A stretch of 59,857 bases of DNA, filler included, from Sluysia triapertura (lineage: Eukaryota): assembly GCA_046118255.1 (NCBI GenBank). It is 4 parts of 4 records of this genome, joined end to end, with 100 filler letters (N's around TTAATTAATTAA, not from the genome) between each part and the next. Parts side by side here need not be neighbours in the genome. Positions count along the whole stretch, not along the records: positions 48,395 to 59,857 come from JBJNIA010184468.1; 3 more parts are not named here. One strand, written 5' to 3'. Below, one piece after another: positions 50,141 to 59,857 of this stretch. The notes under the pieces were generated by a model. That model was given only the letters and a program-made list of their open reading frames with translations, did no database searches and had not been told where the DNA came from. Both the position numbers and the translations under genes were made by a program. Positions within the stretch are counted from its first letter, which is position 1. Every line of letters begins with the position of its first letter.

Positions 50141-52479
50141 AGTAACTATGGTTATTGTGTTTGAAACGGAAAGCTAAATATTCAGCATCTAAATGCCAAT
50201 TCTACGTCACAAGCATGATGACAAAGTCTCAATATTGTATAAAATTAAAAAAATATTGTCAATACTCCAGATAATCAGAAGCTTAAATAACAAAAGAATA
50301 AAATTAAAATAATAATAATAACGATATAATAATAATAATAATAAAAATAAATTAACCTTAAATAACCCAAATGAAAAATAATAATGAATAATAAAAAATG
50401 AATAATTCACCTTATTTCTTCTGGTTACCAATTTTTAAAAACAAATGATTATTATTTAACATTATTATACATTCACTAAATCGTGGTAGAAAAAGTATTA
50501 ATGGGTTTATAAAATTTTTGTACCTTACTGTAGTGTACACCTCGTTGTTATTTAACACACCCATTAATAAAAATAAATATAAGCAATTATAAACATAATC
50601 TCATTTATAATCATTTCATCCATTTCATAACTTCATCACATACTTCAACTTACAAAGTTCACATAACATTAATATATAAAATCATAGTAATCGATAAGTT
50701 TTATTATTTACAAATTAATCATAGATGTTCGTGTTGATATTGCCTCCATCGTCCACTTTAGTAGCACCCCTGCAATTCCAACTTTCCAAATAATTTATTA
50801 TGTAGATGTATGTATTTTAAAGATGTTAAAGGAGAGTTTTTCAGCGAACATGTTACATCAAAAGATTGAATCCTAGTATTTGTTTATCGAATTTTACAGT
50901 GATATGCTATTTTATTGGTTGTAATAGCAATACATTTTAAATTTTGTTTTAATATTACATTTTTTGATAAAATTTTAAAGGAAATTGTTAAAAATTTTTA
51001 AATTTAACGAAGAAGATAGATCTGTGAATCAAACTAGGTCTTACCTTCAAAAATATATTTTGATCGATATTGTCATTAAAACTTCTGATTCATTTATTCA
51101 AGTTCACTAATTAGTATTAAGTTACAGAAGTATATGTTTTCAAAGAGTTTTTGAACAAAGAGTTTTGGTGCAAATAAATAAAATTATCTCATGCAATGCA
51201 GATACAAAAGCTGCACAGTGTGATATATTTTGTCTTTATAAAGGTTTTCATAGAACCACAGAAGATGTTAAATTTAAATCTGCACAATGACAGAAAGATA
51301 TGTGAACAAATTACGGAAGGAGATGCCAAATTTTACTGTGAGGTGTTGAGATATACCGAATTTGTTCGAGTCATGTCGACAACTTGCGGCACGGACTGCT
51401 GCAATTCGATTTCGAACTTTCGATTTCTATTAATTTTGTGTAATAACTTTCTTGATCTTCGTAAATTTTATTTGTATTCAATCTTTACTAAATGTTTGCT
51501 GAATTTTCAAATTATTATAATTAGTGAAAAATTCACTGTCGTTTTATCAAATATGTTTTTAGTGAATACAAATTTGCGTTAAAAGAAAACGTTTTTGGGA
51601 TTACATTCATGTAATATCTGATATTAATATTTTTTCTGAACATTCTAGCCAGGTCATAATCGACCATTCTAAATTTAAATGTCTTCTTGGTTTTATTATA
51701 ATTTATACATTTCGTAACAATGGTTTTAAAATGTTGGTTAATATGATGAATGATTCAGCAAACTCGTACGGCTATATAATTTTAACAAGTTTAGCAATAG
51801 TAAAACCAGTCTATGCTATTCCTACGGTTCACGATAAAGTTTATAATGATTAAGATTTTCACTGCAGATTTTATAGATTTTAAATTTTGTTGTATTTTCT
51901 AATGTAGTGTTACTCTTAAAGCATCTAAGCCACGTGGTTTATATAGCTACTGTCCGACCATCTGTTTGGACATTTTGTTTTCGGCTGGAACGTACTGTGT
52001 TGATGAATTTCAAGATGTCGCTCTTGTTAAGAACTTTGTTGGTTTAGTTCGATTAAGAAATTCTCCAAGGTTATTGACTAGTTTCAGTTATTTTTATATT
52101 GATGTTGTTACTGGTTTAATACATGACTTTTATACTTTTAATATTTTTTTGTGCATTCATAATTACTGTTTTAAAGTTTTCAATAAAGTTTTTGCAAATT
52201 ATAGTTTTTTTGAAATGATTTTTACACTAAATAATACAATCCAGGACTGATACTCTCTCTAAATTAAAGATTTATATATTTTTAATTTAATTAATAAGAA
52301 AAATAACCGCCAAACGGCCATTATACTTACTTTATAAGAAACATATTTTATGTTTTGAAGATTTGACAGAACATTTTCTTGTAAGAGTGCAAGAGAACTT
52401 TAAAAGTCGAAATACACACTTCGTGATGGAGTCATCCTTGACTTTCCAATTAATACAATTAATAAAGAAAATAGAAGAC

Positions 52480-52830
52480 TACAATCACAAGAGATAATTT
52501 GATGCAATTCATAGGTGGATGATTTTTTCTTGGCTTAATGAAAGCTAAAAATGCGCAGTACGGCATGCATAATCTTTGATAGAAAATAAACTAGAATAGA
52601 AACTACGAATTAGCACCGGTAAAAATAAGTTTTGAAAATCTTATAAAGTACGGCAGGAGAAATGACACACCAAGCGATCATTAAACTACTGATGAACGAT
52701 TAATTTCAAAATGCAAATTCCAAGCAAGCCCGGTGGATATGGAATCACAAAATGCATACTTTTCAATAAAAAATTCTCTGTCGGGAAAGAAAATAGTAGA
52801 CCAGAATTAAATCACAAAGAAAAGGTTCAG
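52480..52830 (+). mobile_element. piggyBac transposase remnant
   Basis: QFIGG*FFLGLMK, LAPVKISFENLIK...TPSDH*TTDERLI (TIDE motif), IPSKPGGYGI (IPSKPxKYGIK). Confidence 0.8.
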
Positions 52831-53800
52831 ACAACATTGTGCAAGTCTTTGTGCAAGATATGACGAAATGTTACTACAGAAAATTCCGTCATTACCTTAT
52901 TCGTGAATATTGTAAGGAAAAATAAAGTTTCTTGCCACTGAATTCCAAAGTTCAATAATAGCTACCGGAAAAGTTCTATTTTTATTTCAAGCGAAATAAA
53001 TTCCCCTTCCAAAAGAACAATTAAACATCGATGAAAGTAATATAAAATCAGAAAACAATGTAAATAGGCAAGAAGATGACACTCTGAATACAATAATAAG
53101 ATTTTTTCAGCTAAAAAACAAGATAATATGTTCGACATAATTTCTTACAATGTTTATTTACCGGGTGTTGTGGCCGATTTTATACAATTTTATATAATTA
53201 TTTATTTTAAGTATAGAAGTAAAATTTTCACCTAAGGTCAAGCTGCTCGACAAAACTATTATTTTAGGGTTTATGAAGGTTTCTCTTATGATTGTAATTT
53301 GTTTGTTGAAATATTTAATGCATGAATGTGGTGAAGTGTTTGAAGTAAAATGTGGAAGTTTATTATGCGATAGATGGTTGAGATATTAGTTGATTTGTTG
53401 GTGTATATAAGTTAGTGAGGTGTTGTGATTGTCAAATGTTGTTTTATGATGTTTATAGTGATGTAATTGTAAAATAAAAGTATGACTGTTGAGAAAATTG
53501 TATTTTAATGAACTTAGATTTATAATTGTTAGGTTTAAATTTAAGTTATTAATGTTGACCACTACACATGTTTTTGTTATTCAGTAAATTCAAATAAATT
53601 TTCAAATAAAAATTTTCAATTGAAGTTTCAAAGCTTTCAAATTTCTTTTTTCATAAAAAAACCTTCACTTTCCGGTAGATTTTTAAGCGTCTAAAATTCT
53701 AGACAACTGATTTCGTATTACAACTTCCAGATAATTTTTTCTCAAATAAACAACCTCTACATATAGGTAACATTTAAATCTCCAATATTCTTCCTGAAAG

Positions 53801-53972
53801 AATACACCATTCGTCGTTGGAGCCTTGAGCTCGAGATCCAGAAAATGACAAGCTTCTCAATGCACTTGGCTTCCACAAGACCGAAATCAAGACCCTGAAA
53901 CGACAGTGTGTACGACTAGCTGTGGCGTCCTCGAATAACGCATACCGCGACCATATCATACAAGGTCCTTAA
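53801..53972 (+). mobile_element. 3' end of an RLE-type non-LTR retrotransposon (NeSL/Utopia/R2-like), 5'-truncated
   Basis: PFVVGALSS, frameshift, DPENDKLLNALGF...KRQCVRLAVASSNNAYRDHIIQG* matches the VGALGxWDPxN...SxxIYxEH endonuclease C-terminus. Confidence 0.72.
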
Positions 53973-54879
53973 ATAGAAGAAAGAAGAAACTAAAACTATT
54001 ATATTAATACATGTTTTTAATCGTCCAATCCCGCTCAGTCCATTTTATGAAGTAAAACACTTTACTCGATCTATTTTTCATGAATCACTTCTTACATTAA
54101 AATAACAATTGTTATTAATATTGACATTAAAATGATTAATTTAACTTTAGATTTTGCAATTTAGTTAATTTTCAATTCATCATGGAGAATTTTCTAATGG
54201 AGAATGTTTAAGGTTCTCATTCCTAAACAAACTATTTCCACCTCATTTTCGGAACTCCTCTTTCATAGCAGTCATTTCACTTCAACATTCTAAACTTGAA
54301 AAATGCAACATTTTTTAATTAAAAATTAATTAAAATTCGACTATGCTCAATATAAAGGCTTTTCTCGCATGAACTCGGTCGAACCTTATTTTCATACAAA
54401 TACATACACAATTATAATTTTAACGTAGCATTCATCATTCAAAATTTATTCACATAAATGTAATTTTTCTTAATTCTGTTAATTCTATTAATTTGTTCTA
54501 ATTAATTATTTTGTGCTAAGTTTAAAGGTTTTATTATGGTTATAAAGTTGTTAAGTACTACTTAAGTTACTCAAGATGCTCTAGATGTTTCACCTTCACG
54601 ACTTTGATTCATTTTTCTACTTTTTTATTTTATCATTAAATGTATCAAATTTATCATTAATATTATTAACCATGATTTTAATTCTTGAGCATTTTAAAGG
54701 TTCCAAACATTTTACAAAGTTATTCGAAGGTCTCAAACGTCTTCAAAGGTTCCAAAAGATCAACAAGGTCTCAAGTTATCCCAAGGTTCAGAATTTCTAG
54801 GAATCTTCATACTTCGAGACATCTTTCTGAAACTTACATAAGTCTTCATAATACCCTACAATGGTGTTTGGAACTTCAA

Positions 54880-54928
54880 TGTGACCGGAAATCGAACCGG
54901 GCCCTCTACCCACTGAGCTATCACCCCC
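54880..54928 (-). pseudogene. tRNA-derived remnant (pseudo-tRNA or SINE head) lacking the anticodon arm
   Basis: GGGGGTGATAGCTCAGTGGGTAGAG (A box/D arm) joined directly to GGCCCGGTTCGATTTCCGG (B box/T arm). Confidence 0.7.
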
Positions 54929-55790
54929 ATCTAACAATTTTGTTTTATTATAGTCAATTTCACTATCCTTAGGCCTTTATCCCAGCATATCCTTCGGTTT
55001 CCAAATGATTATAAAGACTTTATTGTTCATTATTCTTGCTGTAGCAATATTTATTTATACTTATATTATTATATATCAGATATTTTATATCACTTTTTTT
55101 CATATTTTTTAAATTCTCTAACCTTTTAACCTATTTTTTATACACTAGCTGAACAATAAAGACAGCAATTAAGATTACGAGTAACAATAACATAGTTCTT
55201 ATTAAGCATAATGATATAATTAAGCGCCCTCATGTCATGTTAATATCAAATATAAAGTTTAAAATACTAAAATGAAAAACTAAAATCATTATTACATTCG
55301 CTGTAATTCTCATCATCATCATAAGTAATTTAGTGTTGGGTTTTAATTTATATTTATAGTTATGTTTATACAATTTAAATGTGTTTATTTATGTATTTTT
55401 ATTTTTATTAAATATTTATTATTATTATACTAAATAAATTGTTAAGTAAATATTTAAATAAAAAATAATTTCAAAATAATAAATGGAATTGAAATTAATT
55501 TAAAATAAAGAAAATTTAATTAAAGTAATACAATTAAAATTAATAAATTTTAATAATAAAGAAAATTTAAGAAATTAAAAGAAAATTAATAATAAAGAAA
55601 TTAATAAATTAATTAAATCGTTTATTCGCAATTATACACTTAATCTATGTTACACTTTATTTTCTACAAAAATCTCAAAGACACAAATGTTTATTAATGA
55701 AAATATAAAATATAATGCTTACAATATATATAATTTTTAAATAAAAAATATATCAATTATAATTAATAAATAACTGCAATAAGGATTTTA

Positions 55791-55827
55791 GGGTCAAGTT
55801 TGACCCAGGAGTAATTCTTGGGTTGAA
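55791..55827 (+). mobile_element. piggyBac-like right terminus
   Basis: Palindrome GGGTCAAGTTTGACCC, then GGG-TTGA (degenerate TTAA). Confidence 0.5.
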
Positions 55828-57312
55828 AAGTTATGTGATTTTAAGTAATATTTTAAGGTAATTGATTTATGCTAAACACCTATTATGAATAAGCTTACTT
55901 ATCCATATATATAATTATGTCTTCTGATTTCCCAAAAATGGATTTTTGAACGATCTTCTTTTCGACGTTGAATATGTATAAATAATGATTCCGACTAGTT
56001 TCTTCGCCGCTCGTTTTTTTTGAGAATTATCTAATTATTCCGAGTTAATTATTGTGCGTAAATGCTTACTTGTTAACTCCTTTTATAAGTAAGCTTATTC
56101 AAGTGACTTTTGACCGATAATTAAATGATTAATTCTTTTAATCCAAATATTTATTGTAAAAATTTTTAGTTAATTACAGAATTTTAAATATTTATGTTTC
56201 AAAGTTTATAATTTATTTTCCCTTAATTATGATAAAGTTTTCATTACAAAGGTTAAAATTAATTACTAAAGTTAAAATTTTAATATGTACAAAATTTTAG
56301 TATTTACAATTTCATATACAACTAATATTTATAATACTTACAATTATTATCCTAAATGTCAAATTTATGGGTTGTTTATAATAAAGCACGTTAATAAATT
56401 TTTTAATACAGATGGAAGATTTAAATAAGATTCTACACCGTGTCATAGTAAAGATTAGAACTTACACTTGGATAGTATATCTTGAAAATATGGTTAAAGT
56501 CGAATTACATATAAATTAAATTAGAACTATAAAATCAGTAACAATTATTAGAATAAAATCATTTAAAATTTATTTTCAAAAGGAGACAGAAAATTTTTAG
56601 TGATGAATATTATTACTATTAATACAATTATTGTTATCAGTATTATATATTTTAAATTTTATTAATTGTAAATCCATGTACTTTTCAGTTTAAAATTGCA
56701 AAAAATTATAAAAAAATTAATTCAGAATCAAAAATAATTAATTAATGGAAAATAATAATACAAGAAATTGATCCAATTAAAAAATAGAAAAAACAATTTT
56801 CAATTCTCATAACTTTAATTTATAATTCACGAATTTTGTCGTTGTTAGATACCCTCTGGGGCAAAGAAAATTGTTTCAATTGTTCGTAAGTTTTCATTAT
56901 ATAAGTTTGTCACTTTATTTAAAGTAAGATGTACAATAGAAGGTATTGATATATTGTACTATCTATTCATACAAATGTTCAAACATGCCACATTTAGTCC
57001 ATATACTTTTAATTATTCATGATAAGCATATACATAAATAATTAACATTTGAAATACGACAAAATGTTGAATATTTTTCGTTTAACATGAACTTAACTTC
57101 GAATCACGAAAATTAACTGTGCGTATGTTCTAAGCACGTTTGTGTATTTACTTCATAGCTGATATTGCTTCATAAATTAATATTAAATTCAAAAAATTTA
57201 ATATTGTTATTTTTACAAGAGAATTAAGATTAAGATTTTAGTAATGCAAAAATTTTAAAAACGCATATTAATTTATATACTGTTCTTCAATTGAATATTA
57301 ATATAATTTCGG

Positions 57313-57587
57313 TTACATAATAAATTAAATTAATTTCTCTATTTTCAAATTAACATCTTCATATCACCAAGATTTATTTTAATATTTTATTTCTTTGTAA
57401 GTGGTTATGAATTAATATAATATTTGAAAATACTAAATTAAAATTATATTAAATTTTAAAAATGTTTATTATTTTTATTTATTCAGTGTTTTTTAATTGA
57501 ATGTGATATAATAATTTTGCTTACATAATATATTAAATTAATTTATCTCTAATTTCAAATTAGCATCTTTATATTACGATTTATTTA
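57313..57587. repeat. About 65-nt imperfect direct repeat, spacing about 208 nt, downstream of innexin
   Basis: TTACATAATAWATTAAATTAATTT..CTCTAWTTTCAAATTARCATCTT at about 57313 and 57521. Confidence 0.7.
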
Positions 57588-57770
57588 AATACAATATAAC
57601 ATAATAACAAAAATAGCATAATCTTTGAAAATTCTAAATGAAAATTGCACTGCAAGTTTACATTAACTTGCTGCTTTCAAAAATATCAGTACAAATATAT
57701 TAAATGTTTATACATTATAAAACAATAAATAAAAAAATTCCATAAAAATGAAAAATCAATTTAAAGATTT

Positions 57771-59082
57771 TTAAAGAAATGTTGTCATATCCTTTGCTTT
57801 CTCAATTGAATCAACAAGAGAAGTAGTATCTTTTGGTACCAAGTTAATCGATTTAGGTTCCAAAGTTTTTGTATAAGTTTGCCATAAGTGTTGTACAATA
57901 TCTGATGTAATTAAATTACCGCAATTCATAGACATCATTTTTAATATAAAAAGTCCGTCATGTCTTAAATAAGATTTTATAAATGAATTTACAACGTGGT
58001 TATTTTTGACATAAATATCTGTGGTTTTGAGCATTTTTTTAATAAAACTTGTACAATTAAACTGAAATGTCATTCTAATGAACCACATAAGTAAACTAAG
58101 AATGGTAATAGATAAAACAAGCAATATCCAAATCCATATAAACATATAAATTTTCTCATTTAACATATTCATAGGCAATGCACAATGAGCTACGTATTCA
58201 TTATTCGATCCGGATAAACGAATATGATTAACTTTACAAATGCTACTTCGTGGAAATATACGAGTTTTATCCCAAGTTTGTCCATGAATCAAAGCATCAA
58301 TTATTGAAAATACAACATTAAAGACATTCCCTTCTTGAATTTGTAAAAAGTAGTACATAAAAAATAATTGACCAATGCAGTTAATGACGTATAAAATTTT
58401 GATGAAGATATATCCACCAATTAGCCATGTACCTAAACGCCGACTCATCATAAAATATGAAGTTATTTTGAATAGTCTTTTTCTGAAAAGTGCCCATTTA
58501 TTATTTCTCATATCTCGATGAAAATAAAATGCTTTGTCTAGAATTTCAGAAATTGTTTTAGCTTTTTTTCGACGACCTTCAGAGCCTTCAAGAGAAGCTT
58601 TTGTTGCTTGTTGAAAAACATCTTCTAGATCAATTCCTAATTTGCTATAACAAATGCTTTGCCAGAGAATTCGTGGAAGATAAAACAACAAACACTGTAT
58701 CCCCAAAATAAAAGGTATCCATTGATAATAATCTATAATTATTAAAATGTTAATTTTATATTTTACTTATTTTATATTGATTATAAGCCCGTTCCCATTC
58801 AGAGTCGTCAAATGGCATTTTTTCATTTTTTAAAATTGCCACTGTTCCATCAATCCAACAAATATTTGTCAGGTAACTAGCAAAATTAGTACCTGATGGA
58901 TGTACTGGTGTATAACATGCTATAGGTTTGAATACATATGTTTTGAGAGTAACTATAGTTCCAGATATTAAAAAAATTAGAACTGTTCCCAGAAAATTAA
59001 GTTTATCAGCCCTATCTTCCAAACCATAATAATTTGTTATTTTGAATTTATTTGATAAATCTAAAAATTCTTTTGCTATCAT
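57771..59082 (-). CDS. inx: Innexin (gap-junction protein), two exons: 59082-58767 and 58732-57771, 425 aa
   Basis: Splicing the 34-nt GT-AG intron 58733-58766 restores the signature NYYQWIPFILGIQCLLFYLPRILW; also PIACY, ICW, FPRSSIC and HCALPMNMLNEKIYMFIWIW; four TM segments. Confidence 0.98.
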
Positions 59083-59857
59083 ATCTTAAAAGTGTATGAT
59101 GTCGAAATATTGTGTAATAGAATTATTAAAACAATTCAAATGTTTTGTAAAACCCAAAATTAACAAATATCACTTATATAATGATGTAATATAATAATTA
59201 CGTTATTTTACATGTAATTTATTTCACTTATTACATTTATATTTTAAACATTATATTGCACAATTATTAAACATAAATGAAATACTTAAGCATTTACTAT
59301 GGAAATTGAAAATATTATATTGAATTCATACATTACGTTGTAATACTAAGATAAGCTTACATAATTGCTTCATATGCGTTCCATTCAAGGATCTTTAATT
59401 TTAAAAATTAATTATTAAGTAAATTTTTCGTGTGAAACGATTCTCAACGAAAAATATATTTAACTTTCTATTTTATGTTATTGTATTGAGAGATAAGAAT
59501 ATGCTTCATATTTTTGCAGTGAAAAATACAATATTGAAGATTTTAACGTATTAGTGTTTTGATGAAAATGCATTACTTTAAATTGTAATGTAAATTATAT
59601 TTTATTTTTTTTGGCATAAATATACTTATGTTGCAACAAAATATTTGTTTTACTTTGATAGATGTTTATTTTACCGAAGATATTTAACTTAAAAATTCGG
59701 TACGTACCTTTTATAGGGATTGTAAAGGTGTACAAAATTTTTGTTTTTTGTATTTTATGTTTTTAATTTTTAAGTTTTTGGTAATTTTAAAAAATATTAT
59801 AAAAATTATTAAAATTTACATATTTTAAAATATTATTAATTTAATTATATTAAAATT

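Noticed and set aside
53774-53959. 61-aa minus-strand ORF
   Set aside because: Antisense shadow of the RLE fragment

Overview
Very AT-rich eukaryotic genomic DNA, not prokaryotic. It is probably a flatworm, judging from the innexin style and a 34-nt intron, and possibly a fish parasite given a teleost-like fragment. The window joins at least four assembly segments through artificial 44N-TTAATTAATTAA-44N spacers, plus ordinary N gaps. The only clearly intact complete gene is a two-exon innexin (57771-59082, minus). The rest is largely transposon and pseudogene debris: mariner, Tc1, piggyBac, gypsy integrase and an RLE-type non-LTR 3' end, MITEs, MEMO1 and cytochrome b5 pseudogenes, and scattered phase-1 Ig-like exons. 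Four things deserve follow-up. (1) A repeat family carries arrays of small stem-loops followed at fixed distance by AGTAAAAT, with compensatory base changes between copies; it is associated with a virus-like cassette of retropepsin plus membrane-protein ORFs and no RT. (2) Three GTAAAA-loop hairpins sit at an exact 48-nt period. (3) Two divergent copies exist of a cassette of two hairpins followed by a CCCH zinc-finger gene. (4) A GC-rich, teleost-like C11orf54 terminal exon lies at a contig end, most likely contamination or a chimera. All homology calls come from manual translation and motif recognition; no searches were run.
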